Positions 1-11,694 of a stretch of DNA of 64,000 bases are shown here, piece after piece. The position numbers were made by a program, and so were the translations under genes. Each line of letters opens with the position of its first letter. Positions within the stretch are counted from its first letter, which is position 1. The DNA is taken from NCBI GenBank assembly GCA_964016885.1, contig OZ024743.1, forward strand, positions 326,864,001 to 326,928,000, given 5' to 3'. Under the pieces are notes generated by a model. The model saw only the letters and a list, made by a program, of their open reading frames with translations. It ran no database searches and had not been told where the DNA came from. Source of the stretch: Eledone cirrhosa. Lineage: Eukaryota.

Positions 1-74
1 AGACAGCAGATTAGATGTGCTTCTTTGAGGCTGGTGGTATGAAGTTCCATAACTACCATCAATAATTCTGCTCT
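1..74 (-). CDS. Candidate host coding exon, runs off the window start
   Basis: Minus-strand acceptor TTTTATCATTTCAG (AG at 76-75). The phase-1 frame is open to the window edge: (E)SRIIDGSYGTSYHQPQRSTSNLLS. Sequence looks non-repetitive and is phase-compatible with the exon at 20065-20153. Confidence 0.35.
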
Positions 75-245
75 CTGAAATGATAAAACAATGGATTAAT
101 TAACTACTTCACCTCCATTTTTTTCTTCTTTCATTGTCTAACATTATATATATATATATACAGGACCGTGACCTCTGGTGTCACACAGTAATACAGAAGA
201 CTCGACTTCCCACGGGTACATGCCGAAGCTGAAGCATATAGACAA

Positions 246-532
246 TATGCCCCCACCCCCTCCCACTGCAAAGTGGTCGTGGAGGTGCCATGGCAAAAAA
301 GCACCCAGCCTACACAGTAAAGTGGTAGTGCAGGCGCCACGGTAAAAGAACACCCAGCACTCACTGTAAATCAGGTTGATGTTAGGAAGGGCATCCAGCT
401 GTAGAAATCAAGTCAGAATCAGCTCCAGTATGAGCAAGACAAGGTTAGCTAGCCGGACACTGCCCACAACAGGACAACCCGTCTAACCCATGCTAGCGTG
501 GAGAACAGATGTAAAATGGTGATGATGATGAT
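246..532 (+). mobile_element. SINE-like repeat with RTE-type 3' end and (GAT)n tail
   Basis: Contains GTTAGGAAGGGCATCCAGCTGTAGAAA...AACCCATGCTAGCGTGG then GATGATGAT. Related copies at 17294-17543 and 62634-62806. Confidence 0.8.
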
Positions 533-541
533 ATATATGCG

Positions 542-682
542 TCAAGGCCCAAATTTGACCATATCTCCAGAAAACAAGAGGCATCCAAGTAGAAGTGTTA
601 AAAACTTGTATTAACGCCTGAAGAAAGGTCTCTATTTTAATGCCCCTTATTTTCTTGGGGTAGGGTCAAATTTGGGCTTTGA
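542..682. mobile_element. Small inverted-repeat element (MITE-like)
   Basis: ~52-bp imperfect inverted arms, TCAAGGCCCAAATTTGACC...TAGA versus TCTA...GGTCAAATTTGGGCTTTGA. Confidence 0.55.
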
Positions 683-828
683 AACCTTGAGTAGCCCCTT
701 TGTTCTGTGTATGAACATAAATAAATATAATATTTCTGCTCTCTTGCCAATTGAGCACTGTTTTCCTTTTTCCTTTTCACATCTACAGATATTGCTACAT
801 TGAACCCGGGACTCACATTATATATATA

Positions 829-1738
829 CGAGGTGGGTCAGAAAAGTTCCAGGACTGATGTCACAAAAGATTTATTTCAAACCCAAACTTCACACTAAGA
901 GTTTCCTCCTTCAAAGTAATCCCCCTGGAGTCTAATGTACTTTTACATCCTTTTGCGCCATGCTTGCATACACTCCTGGAAGAATTCTTCCGGGATCCTA
1001 CGCAGTTCTGTCGTCACAGCCTTTTTGATGTCGTCCACGTCTTCAAAACGGGTCCCCTCCGGGTCGTACTCGAAGATCCATCACTGGTGATGACTGTCCC
1101 TAGTAAGTCTGGTTCGGTTTCAAGACGCTCGAGGATGTCCTGGCACACTTGCATGCGTCAACCCTTCTGGTCATCGTTCAGCAGTTTTGGCACCATCTTC
1201 GCGCAGACTTTCCGCATGTCCAAATCTTCAGTGACAATCTTCCAGACGCTGTCCCGATTCATGCCCAGCTCATTTGCCATCAGTCGAACAGTCAGCCGAC
1301 GATCGCTATGCACCATCTGCCTGACGCGCTCATCGTTGACCTCAGTCCTGGTTGTTGAGGGCCTTCCGCTCCTGGGGTCATCTTCCACATCCTCGCGTCC
1401 TTCTTTAAACCTCTTGCACCACTCAAAAACACGTGAGCGTGACATCGTCTCATCTCCATACACTTGCTGCAGCAATTCCAGTGCTTCTGACGGAGTTTTC
1501 CCCAACCGTACCAGAAACTTCAAGTTTGTTCGCTGCTCTCTGCTCATTGCTTGACGACCTGAAACAGAGGACATGTATATAAAATTATGAAGAAAAAAGT
1601 TTGATCGCTGCAGAGAACTAAGATTACAGTTACATACTACAGGGGGATTACTTTGAAGGAGAAAACTCTTAGTGTGAAGTTTGGATTTGAAATAAATCTT
1701 TTGTGACATCAGTCCTGGAACTTTTCTGACACACCTTG
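829..1738 (-). mobile_element. Internally deleted mariner transposon, 910 bp
   Basis: TA at 827-828 and 1739-1740. ~100-bp terminal inverted repeats (829-931 and 1636-1738). Transposase remnant inside. Confidence 0.93.
895..1547 (-). pseudogene. Mariner transposase pseudogene (HTH region intact, catalytic core deleted)
   Basis: MSREQRTNLKFLVRLGKTPSE...DDPRSGRP...MVPKLL (WVPHEL-equivalent), then a premature stop at 1160-1158. WIFEYDPE is fused directly to GTRFEDVDDIK...QGDYFEG, and the YSPDL region is missing. Confidence 0.9.
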
Positions 1739-2147
1739 TATATGTGTGTGTGTGTGTGTGTGTGTAAACAGTTGTTAAGACTATTGTCTTGTCTTTTATC
1801 CATTTGTGACTGTCCTTTATTTGTATTATTTGAAAATAGTCGTTAAGACTGTCGTCTTGTCTGTTGCTCATTTATTACTGTCCCTTGTGCACTAGAGTCA
1901 GTTGTAACCTTAAAGCACCAAGACAACGTATCTCTGGCAGTCGACTGATACTGTCTGTATTCATTTTCCTGTGTTCGCCCATATTTTTTATTCATTCGTA
2001 TGTTTTTAGCCACGCGGGACCCTCTTTTTTCGAATTTATATATATATATAATTTAATACCCTCAATAAAGACACATACAAGCGCACACTAACAACATTTA
2101 TACTCAAACAAACAGGGCAAAGAGAAACAAATATATTCACAAACACC

Positions 2148-2296
2148 TATGTATGTATGAATGAATGTATGTATATATGTAAGTATGCAAATATGTATGT
2201 ATATATGAATATATGTATGTAGGAATACATGTATGTATATATGTATGTATATATGTATGCATGCATGCATGCATGTATGTGTGTATGTATGTATGT
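2148..2296. repeat. (TATG)n-type microsatellite
   Basis: Degenerate TATG/TGAA tetramer run. Confidence 0.9.
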
Positions 2297-2297
2297 G

Positions 2298-2750
2298 CCA
2301 GTTTAGTCGCCAACGACCCGACCATGGAACAGGTTGTACTGGGATACATGTTACCAGTAGCACCAACTGGTGACCCGACAGGAGAAGGAAAACTCTGATA
2401 TAACACCTGCAACCCTGATGGTATCCAATGATGTTGACTTGTTCTTCTTTTTGGTAAATATCATCTTGGTTAAGAGAGTGGGACTGGCTTTGTGCAGTGC
2501 CTTTGCTCACTATAAAAGCTTCACGGCACAGGCATTGCTTTATATCTGGAGATCTCTCTGCACTTGTCATCGCATGGTACCATGGGCCCAGCACTATGTG
2601 TCAATAATTGTCACAAGTGTAGTGTTTGTACCAGAGTTTTCAAGTCGCTGGCTGGACTAAAAAGTCACACTCGTTCAGCGCATCAGTAGGGGTTCTCCTA
2701 CATGGATATAAAGTAGTGGCCATACTCAAAAACGAGTTGGCAGCCACCAT
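2298..2750 (+). mobile_element. Short non-autonomous RTE-clade LINE derivative (5' end joined to 3' end)
   Basis: The 5' part has the RTE-like GGAGAAGGAAAACTCTGAT. The 3' part encodes CHKCSVCTRVFKSLAGLKSHTRSAHQ-stop (2609-2689, C2H2 finger typical of RTE ORF C-termini), then a short UTR and (TATG)n tail. Confidence 0.65.
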
Positions 2751-3060
2751 GTATGTATGAATGAATGTATGTATATATGTAAGTGTGTATGTATGAATGA
2801 ATGTATGTATATATGTGTGTATCTATCAATGAATGTATGTATATATGTAAGTGTGTATGTATGAATGAATGAATGTATGTATATATGTAATTGTGTATGT
2901 ATGTATGAATGAATGTATGTATATATGTAAGTGTGTATGTATGTATGTATATATATATATACATGTATGTATGTATGTATGTATGTATGTATACATGCAG
3001 GTATGTATGTATGCAGGTTTGTATGTATGTTTGTATGTATGTGAGCATGTTTGTGTATAG
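2749..3060. repeat. (TATG)n/(TGAA)n microsatellite
   Basis: Tetramer run, source of the YIHT-type ORFs. Confidence 0.9.
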
Positions 3061-3199
3061 GTATATATCATACGTATTATGTAACTATATATGACTTAAA
3101 AGAAGAGCTAAGAAAAATACCCAGGGACACGTTTTGCATGATAAAACAAATATCTGTGCTAACACACTTACTACTAAACATTCCACAAACACGTATACC

Positions 3200-3366
3200 T
3201 CTAAGGTAATTCTCAGGAAGATTCAGCATGACACAGTGTGTGACATGGCTGGCCCTTTGTCAGCTGAGTGGACTGGAGCAATGTAAAATAAAGTGTGTTG
3301 CTCAATGACACCATACTGCCAGGAATCGAACTTATGGCCTTACCATCCTGAGCTGAACACCCTAAC
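3200..3366 (-). mobile_element. tRNA-derived CORE-type SINE, partial
   Basis: Minus strand has B-box GTTCGATTCC followed by TTGAGCAACACACTTTATTTTACATTGCTCCAGTCCACTCAGCTG, as in the 21954 copy. Confidence 0.7.
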
Positions 3367-3394
3367 TGCTTTATAAAGTATGTATATGTGCAGG

Positions 3395-4543
3395 TATGCA
3401 TGGTTTGTGGCATATATTAATGACATACAGAATGCCACGGTACTAAAATATGCAGATGACATCAAGCTGTACCTTGAAATCAAAAGGACTGATCCTGAAA
3501 TTTACAACTCTTTCCTACAATCAGACCTGGACACAATGCAGCAATGGATCACAGACTGGCAACTGAAGCTGGCTGTGGACAAGTGTACCACCATGCATTT
3601 TGGAAGGAAAAATCCAGCGTCCACATACTCCCTCCACAACACTGACATCAAAAAGTCCTCTTGTGAACGTGACCTAGGCATTACTGTCAGCAACGATTTG
3701 CATTGGACAAAGCATGTCTCTAAGATTGTCAAGAAGGCCGAGGGTGTCTTGGCATCACTCAGCAAGACCTTTGTTAGCCGCTCTCCAGCCATCTATTTAA
3801 AACTGTATACAGCTATGGTGCGACCACACTTGGAATTCGCATCATCAGTCTGGAACCCCTATCTTGCTCGGAACATTGACCTCCTGGAAACTGTTCAGAG
3901 ACGTGCAACCAAGCGCATACCCTCCATCAGACACCTACCATACTCTGAACGCCTTGCTTCCCTGGGCATGGATTCATTGAAGCTCCGACGTCTGGCAGTG
4001 GACTTGGTGAATACCCACAAAGTTTTTAACCATCTCGCCAACTGCAACCCTGAGCGCCTCTTTGATCTCCATGTGTCTAACACACGTGGACATGCCTACA
4101 AGATAAGAAAACAGCACAGCTCCCATGACTTTCGCAGACATTTTTTCACGCTCAGAGTTGCTGAAACATGGAACAAACTGCCTGCGTCAATTGTTAGCTG
4201 CCGAGACACTGCATCCTTTAAGACACTCATGCTTCCCGAAATACGCCAAAACTACACCTGATGTGCCCCTTCCATACACATGCACACATGTGTGCACTGT
4301 TCATTTTACTGATGTTTGTGCATTGCCCTATGTACTGTACATGCACTTTTTTGATGGGTTGTGGTGCACCTGGGCACTGTGCACAATATTTCATTATTGT
4401 TATTGTTATTATATCATGACTCATACACTGTTTATTTTCCTGACATTTGTACATTATTCTATGTACTATACATGCACCTTTGATGAGTTGTAGTGCACCT
4501 GAGCACTGTACACAATAATTTCATTATTATTATTATTATTATT
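3395..4543 (+). mobile_element. 5'-truncated CR1-group LINE (RT C-terminal half, 3' UTR, (ATT)n tail)
   Basis: ORF 3380-4261 has YIND...YADDIKLY, ERDLGI, RPHLEFASSVWNPY, VQRRATK, TRGH and FF..RV..TWNKLP. The ATT tail ends at 4543. Confidence 0.92.
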
Positions 4544-4983
4544 GTGTATGTGAATCTGTATATGTACAAATATAAGTTTGTATGTATCTAACGATGCATG
4601 CTAAGCAGTCAAGTATACAATAAAGTAACATCTTCAAAAATATATAGGAGTAACCAAGACTGCATAAATGTGTATATAGATTTTTAGTATATAGACATGT
4701 ATTTATGTAGAATATATATATTTCCCTGTAAATTGAAAAAAAAATTATGAACGCCTTTAACCAACTTTCAATCCTAGATGAGTTTTCATCAAAAGATATG
4801 TATATCATCTGATCAAATTTAATAAATAAACAACCATAAGGAAATACGTACCTGGATGTGGAGGAGGGGGGGGGGGTTATATACACTATTACTTATAGTA
4901 ATATCCAGAAATGGATGTATTAATTTGCATATTATTAGCATACATGTAGGGAGTTAATTAAACCAAAATATACAATAAAATTA

Positions 4984-5147
4984 CTATATATATTTGAATA
5001 TAAGCCGAGGAATATGTAACCCAAAAAATCGATGGTAGGAGGCCAGCTTATATTCAGGGTGAATATTTTGACAATTTTCACCAACTTCAAATTCTTTCCA
5101 TTTCTCAGACATAAAATTCATATCAAGTTATATTCAAGTATATACGG
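4984..5147. mobile_element. Tc1/mariner (Tc2/pogo-like) MITE
   Basis: TA flanks. TIRs CTATATATATTTGAATATAAG versus the reverse complement CCGTATATACTTGAATATAAC. Confidence 0.65.
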
Positions 5148-5384
5148 TATAACTGTATCTATGTAGTATAGCCATGACTCCATAAATGTTTCGTTAACCC
5201 TTCTGCAGACCCGTTAACTCTTCCTGTTCGACGGGTGGGTGAGAGATGTCTTCTCTTGTGAAAATGGGTATAGCTTTCATTATGTAAAATCTCCCCATTT
5301 TGGCTCATTTTTCCCAGTTTGGGGGCACTGTTTTTCATGGTACTCCCCGTTTGGGTTTTTAGAGGTTAGCAGGTGTGCTTCTGG

Positions 5385-5545
5385 CACCAAACCACCTGAA
5401 ACTGATTTGTATCTAAATTTACAGCTTTTGCCATATTCTTATTTAAGAAAATTTGTTGTTCCAAACACCAGCTTAATAATGAAAGTGTGAAGCTATCTCT
5501 TCAAATTCTTGATTATTCTCAATTAATTGGAAATCATAAGCAATG
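5385..5545 (+). mobile_element. 5'/central part of a TTAA-type MITE, with its probable 3' end displaced to ~11058-11095
   Basis: Similar to 19123-19361 (CCACCTGAAACTG...CAAATTCTT.ATTATT.TCAA). The matching end TGTGTTTCAATAGAAATGTGGTAACGAAAGG reappears after the Tx1 and microsatellite block. Confidence 0.45.
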
Positions 5546-5562
5546 TGGAAATTTGATCAGTT

Positions 5563-5601
5563 GATAAATAGGTAGGTAGATAGATAGGTAGGTAGATAGA
5601 T
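5563..5601. repeat. (TAGG/TAGA)n microsatellite at the LINE 3' junction
   Basis: TAGGTAGGTAGATAGATAGGTAGGTAGATAGA. Confidence 0.85.
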
Positions 5602-5877
5602 ATATTTCTTTATTAGCCACAAGGGCACAAAAGAAGGGGACAAGTACAATGCAGGAAGTTTACATTCAATAAAAACGTGTAAAACAATATCACATGAAAA
5701 TTAAAGAAAAACATTTGATTTTCCCCAATAGGGGGGAGACATTAACTATGGGTGACACATACCCCCGAAAAAAAATGTGAAACCCTCATCTCCAGAAGTA
5801 CGAAGAGTGAGCACTCCTTTCCTCTCTTCCTCCTCTTCCTCAGCCTACAAGCTGATATAGAGAGAAGGCCCATTCAC

Positions 5878-8800
5878 TCAGGCCATTCTCACCACTTTCA
5901 CCCACCTTTCATAAAACTTGCTGGGGTACAGCACCTCTCTCTCCATCCTCATTCTTCTTCCAAAGTGGTATTTGAAAAAAAGAATCAGTTGTTGGTCGGA
6001 GAGAAAGGTGTCTGACCTCAGCCCTTTCAACCTCGTCCACCATACAACCTCTTTCACCATTGCCATCACACAGAGGAAAACCGCCTCTCCTTCGTTTTTG
6101 AAGGAGGGTGGCGGTTTGATCATGACAATGGACTCGGTGGTCAACCTGATTGGTCCCACTCGCGACAATAGTCATTCTACATAGCCCCACAGGTCGGCAA
6201 CTCCCAGGCAGTGTACGAATGCATGCGCGACGGTTTCCTCGTTGCGCACGCATCTCGGCCAGATCTTTTTTGAAGGGTCCCTGCCCCGTGTCTGTAGAGC
6301 TTGTCTCGAACTGGTAGAGCTCCTCGGTAGCACTGTCAGGCCAGGGACTTTTGGAAGTTGTCCATTGGTCTTTTTCTTGACTCAGGACTGCAACTCCATT
6401 AGTGAGACGAGCTGTGGGAAGGCTCGCCTCACGAACGGAGGCCCACACCGGTTGTCCGGTGAGGAATATGTGGAGGTTCCGCAGCCTGAGCGCATGGTCA
6501 GCCACGGCATCCCCAGCCCTCTGTTTGAATTGTGTTGGCAGCAGATGGATCTTCTCACCAAAGGAGCCCGCTTCTTCCAAAGGAATTGGAAGAGCGCGCG
6601 CTCCATTTTGGTGAGCGTTTTGGCTGGACAAGGCACGACGGTCAAGTGGTAGTAGATGACGGACGTTATAAAAGTGTTTGTCACCTCCGCTCGACCTTTC
6701 AAGGATAGTTTGCATTCGGCCCACTTCTGGGTGACCTTGGCCGTCACCTCGTTCCAGTTCTTCTCCACCTGGAGGTCTGGACCAAACCAGACCCTGAGCA
6801 ACTTCACCGGTCCTTCCGTCCAGCGTCCGACGACGCCATCGGAAGGCATCGGTCTGCCTCTCCACGATCCAAGTTGCAAACCGACGGACTTGTCCCGGTT
6901 CAGCTTCGCTCCTGTGAACCTCTCGTATTCCTTCAGTAAGGTGTCGACCTCCCCGATTTGCGAGGTGCTCGACACTATTACTGTCAAGTCGTTGGCGTAG
7001 GCCGACGCCGCTTTCCGCACTCCCGGGTCCGGAGGGATGCCCTGCAATAGCTCCAACTTCCGCAGTAGTGGCTCGAGAGTCAGTACATACAGAAGGGAGG
7101 AGAGAGGGCGTCCCTGTCGGATGAATCGCGTGATTTGGAACAGCTCCGAGAGGTAGCCGTTCACCTTGACTCTTGAGTAGATGTTGCCGCTGTGCATTGC
7201 AGCAATCCAGCCCCTGAACACGGGTCCAAAGCCTGCCGCCTCGAGCACCGCATCCAAGTAACAATGGTCAACCCTATCGAATGCTTTAGACTGATCCAAG
7301 TTGATCAGGGCCCCACCGAAGCCGGGTTTACACCCAACCCTCTCTACGATGTATCGCATAAGGTGGAGGTTGTCGTTTATGCACCTGGTTGGGATTGCGC
7401 ATGTCTGCGCTTCTCCCATCAGGTTCTCGACGACAAGCGCCAGCCTCTTTGCCAACACCTTGGCCAAAATCTGTAACTCTGTGTTTAGTAGAGTTATGGG
7501 CCGGAAGTTTCCTATGTTGTCCCCCTTATTCTCGTCCTTCCTGACTAGTGTGACTACGCCCGTGGTCACAGAATTGGGAATACTCCCGTTCTGCTGCCAG
7601 TTGCAGTAGACCGCTTCCAGGAGATCGGAGAACAAGTCCGGCATTGCTACATAAAATTCGTAGAGTAGACCGTCGAGACCTGGAGATTTGCGTTTGCCGC
7701 ATTGGCTCAGCGCGTCCCCTAACTCAGCAGCCAAAATCGGCTTTTCATAGAACTTCGCCTCACCGTCCGAGAGCCGCGGCATGCCGTCGAGGTATGGACT
7801 GAAATCCATTGCCCCTCGCGGCACACCACCCTGCCCAAACAGCTGAGCAAAGTGCTGCTGAAAAGCTGCGCACATCTGCTTAGGTTCAAGGATCACACGT
7901 CCATCCTGGTCCTTCAACCGAATCGTGGGCTTGTTTCCACTTTTTGCCTCTGTCACTCGGGCCCAGCTAACACCTTTGGCTCCCTCGTTACCCAGAGCAC
8001 GTATTTTACTCCTGACAACGCAGCCCTTGTGCTTTGCGTCAAAGAACTGGTCTAAGGCCGTTCTTGACGCCAGCAAGCTGGCCACGTTACCACTCCTAAT
8101 CGCCTCTTCTACTTTATCTACCAATTCCTTTTCAGTCCTATTCCTATCTAATGCTAATTCCTGACTAAAACCTATCTATTCTATTCTAACTGCCCTCTTG
8201 GGAGAGTACCACCATCTGTTGTTGACAATGGCCCCCGTTAAGTGTTGTTTAACTAGAGTGCTAATCCGTTTACTGTAGGCTTTGCATGTCGGTAGCGACA
8301 AGTTCAGCTTCCAGTAGCCGGGTCCCTGTCTATGGGTTCTATCAAGGTTGACTATGAAGATCACTAGTTTGTGATCTGAATAGGCAACCATGAACAATTG
8401 TGGACAGCTTAACATGTCCCTATCCTTATTTCTAACTAGAACTCTATCTAGGTACGATCTAGATGTTCCGCTGCGATTAGTCCACGTCCACAGTGGCACA
8501 GTCGGAAAATCTAGTCGATATCTATCGGCCAGGTCATAACTGTTTGAGGCTGTTGCACCCCCCATCGGAAAATGCTCGCTCCCACATAGTCCCATCGTAC
8601 ATCTAGGATTCCATTCCAGTCCCCCACTAAAAGCAAGGAGCGGGACGTTCCCAGAAAAGTCTCTAGACGTTTGAAGAAGTCTGGCCGCGATGTCCCGGAT
8701 GGGACATATGCGGCCACCAGCCTGAAGGCTCCACCATGACTACCGTCAACGTCTAGGACCACCAATCGACCCTCCGAGTCCAGATGTACCGTCTGTGTTA

Positions 8801-8948
8801 TGAGGTCCAGGTGTTTCCGCAGCAAGACAGCAACCCCGCCCCCACCTCCCAGCTGACATAGAGTTGCATAGATCTCAAAGTCGTCGAAGATCGGGGCCAG
8901 CTGCTGCTCGCTGTGGATCCTGGACTCACAAATGGCCATCACATCCAT
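5878..8948 (-). pseudogene. Tx1 ORF2 (APE endonuclease and reverse transcriptase), disrupted
   Basis: EN motifs GVAVLL, GDWN, SYLDRV, SDH, GYWKLN. RT motifs KSPGLDG, NFRPITLLN, LDQSKAFDRV, RQG.PLS and AYAND (YADD mutated). Split over several frames. Confidence 0.9.
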
Positions 8949-9308
8949 AGCGTAAGTGTATGTGTACTTTTCCTGTGTTGTGTTTGTTTTTGTCTGTGGT
9001 TCCTGCGTGTGTTTTCTCTTTGTTGTGGGTGTTTTGTTTTCGGGAGAGGGAACTTTTGTTTGTGACTTTTGTGCTGTTTGTGTGTTTTTTCGTTTTTGTT
9101 CATGTGGTCCTTTCTTTTTTTTTTTTTCACGGGTTGGAAGGGTTCCTCCTCATCGCCGCTGGGTGCCGTCGATAGGGATTCCTCATCCGTGTTGATGGTA
9201 GGGGTATGTTTTGGGGTTCTGTAGTGTCTGTGTGTGTTTTTGTATTTGTTTGGGTGGGGAAGGGTTGGGTGGGATAGTGTTCTGTGTTGTTTTTTCTTGT
9301 TGTTTTTG

Positions 9309-10246
9309 TTATTGTTGTGGTGGCGGTGGTTGTGTTGTTATTTGTGGTGGCGGCAAAAGTGATTTTCTTTTTGTCAATTGAGGACAGGCAGCCCTTAGGT
9401 GACCTCTGCTTGCGCAGTGGTAACATGCGGGCCGCCTACCCTCAACCGAAATGTTTATGTAGGTCTGTCCATCCAGAGGTACTCTCTGTGGGATTTTCAT
9501 TATACGTTCTGGGCTCATCTGCACCATAACTTCGACGCTAGTCCCACTAAATATATCTCTGGAGGATTTTCCTACTGAGATCAAAATGTCTTGTTCAAGG
9601 TCAATTAGGCCATAAAGTATCCACCAAATATCTACTTTGGGTCTTATGCATGTAATTTTTATTTTTTGTGTCCTTTTTCCCATGTACGTAGAGAAAAAGG
9701 TAAAATGGGTGGACACATGGGCACGATGGAATATTTTTGTGCTGTTATTTTGTCTTTCATCAGCACTGCTGCCGAAAAGTTTGGCTTTCTGAATGAATAA
9801 AATGTTATCCATGTGGTTCCTTAAAACCAGCTCAATCTCACTCTGAGATAGTTGAGCTGGTTTTTTTGATGCCATTGAGATTGTCCTGAAAACCACCGTG
9901 TTCAGGGCATTCTCTCTCCTTAGTTCTTAATTTATGCTAAATGACCCATTGGGTCCAAAAGTAATATATTGTTTAGCTTCTTCCAACTTTTGTTTCACAT
10001 TGGTTAAATCCAAAAGTTGAAATATCTCCGATTTTTTACAGTATCAGCAAAAGAAATGTTGCTGTTGTTGTCTTTCTTGTTGTTGTTGTCACTGTTGTTT
10101 GTATTTTCTTTGGTGTTTGTGTTGACATTTTTTTCCTTTTGATTGGTGTTATTGGATGTATTGTTTATTTCATTGTTGGTATTATTTTCCATGTTATTGT
10201 TTTTTAAATCTGTTTTTTCGATTGTGTGTTTTCTTTTCATCTCCAT
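9309..10246 (-). pseudogene. Tx1 ORF1 (gag-like zinc knuckle), disrupted
   Basis: CYHCASRGHLRAAC (CX2CX4HX4C) in ORF 9309-9896. Asn/Thr-rich N-terminal piece ending SFADTVK in ORF 10004-10246. Confidence 0.75.
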
Positions 10247-10559
10247 AGTATCAATAGAGAACGAAAGGCAAGAAGAAGACGTTGATTGCGACCTATAAAG
10301 TCTTAGCTCCTCTCCACCGCCATCATAGCGTAAAGAGATTTCTTGCCAATATTTTTTTCAAATTTTGAATGAAAAAATTTTTCAAACGAATATTTCGCCC
10401 CTGGGAGGGGCGAAAATGAGTTGACCCACTGCCTGGAGGTCCAGACGGGGGGGGGGGTCAAGCTACACAACAATATACAATTTGAACAAAAACTTACGGT
10501 TTTTCCACCATAAATTTACAAAAACTTCGGAGCGAAGTAAACAACGTCTAACGTATTCG

Positions 10560-10960
10560 AGATAGGTAGGTAGGTAGATAGGTAGGTAGGTGAGTAGGTT
10601 GATAGGTAGATAGGTGGGTAGGTTGATGGGTGGATAGATAGGTAGGTAGATAGGTAGGTAGGTTGGTAGGTGGATAGATAGGTACATAGGTAGATATGTA
10701 GGTAGGGAGGTAGGGAGATAGATAGGTAGGTGGGTATGTAGGCAGTTAGACAGGTAAACAGACATATAGGAAGGGAGGGAGGTACATAAGTATTTGGGTA
10801 AGTAGGTAGGCAGGCAGATGGCATGTAGGTCGTTAGGTAGGTAGATTGGTAGGTAGGTAAGTAGGTCAGTAGGTGGGTAGGTAGATAGGTAGGTAGGTCA
10901 GTAGATAGGTAGATAGGTGGGTAGATAGGTAGGTGGGTAGGTAGGTAGGTAAGTCGGTTG
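10560..10960. repeat. (TAGG/TAGA)n microsatellite at the LINE 5' junction
   Basis: ~400 bp of degenerate TAGG/TAGA. Confidence 0.9.
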
Positions 10961-11694
10961 GTCAGCCGGCTTCTCTTTAATCGTCTACTCACAAGAATAC
11001 CAATAATGTCTTATTAACGATCAAGGAATTTTAAGTAGGATTTAAAATTTCTTCTTCAATGTGTTTCAATAGAAATGTGGTAACGAAAGGATTAGGGTTA
11101 CATTTAAGGGTTAATTTGGGGGACATTTGGCTGCTATTTCTTGCAGGCTGAGGAACCATATAGAAGTTCCCTCGTATTGTATTGAAGAAAGAGGAACGTT
11201 GTGGCAATCATGGCTTTTTCAGATGCACTAGCACTATTAGTCAAAGTCAAGTGATTTTAATTAAAGAATCAAAAATGTGTTGCGGTCCCAGCACCCTGGG
11301 AACTTTATTCTAGAAGTCTTGTTCTGTAACCTCTCGGGTATTCGCTATAAAGTGTTCTAAGAAACATATTGAAGGCATCAAACAGATATTCTTTGAAGCG
11401 TCGAGTTATTAAGGCTTTCATCTTGTAAATGAGTTTCAGTCAGTACACTCGAATTATAAAACAGTGAATTAATCAAAGCATAGAAAATACTCATACCCTT
11501 TCAGTTGTATACGCATATACACACGTACACGCATTGTACGTTTGCTGTACGTGGTCAATGGAGCTACTATAAATAACAGCCAAATCCCAACGAATCACAC
11601 ACTGCCACCTTAAAATACAAAACAAAAAGATATAGTATTCTGAGATATACAAAAAGACTTGATGCTCAAGGCTGGAACTTCCTTTTGTGTGTGT

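Larger units (their letters stand above)
5601..10559 (-). mobile_element. Near full-length, decayed Tx1/L1-clade non-LTR retrotransposon
   Basis: ORF1 with CCHC knuckle, ORF2 with APE endonuclease and RT, AATAAA at 5614-5609. Both ends abut (TAGR)n. Confidence 0.9.

Noticed and set aside
964-1554. 196-aa plus-strand ORF
   Set aside because: Antisense shadow of the mariner transposase.
1915-1970. Possible decayed minus-strand hammerhead (ATGAATA...GATACGTTGTC)
   Set aside because: Both core boxes are mutated and stem I is not evident.
2088-3094. YIHT/MYVC-type ORFs, and similar ones at 10463-10992 and 14787-15197
   Set aside because: Translations of TATG, TAGG and TA microsatellites.
5909-7264. 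451-aa alternative-frame ORF inside the Tx1 element
   Set aside because: Mostly an off-frame reading of the GC-richer RT region, and its distal part is probably the frameshifted continuation of ORF2.
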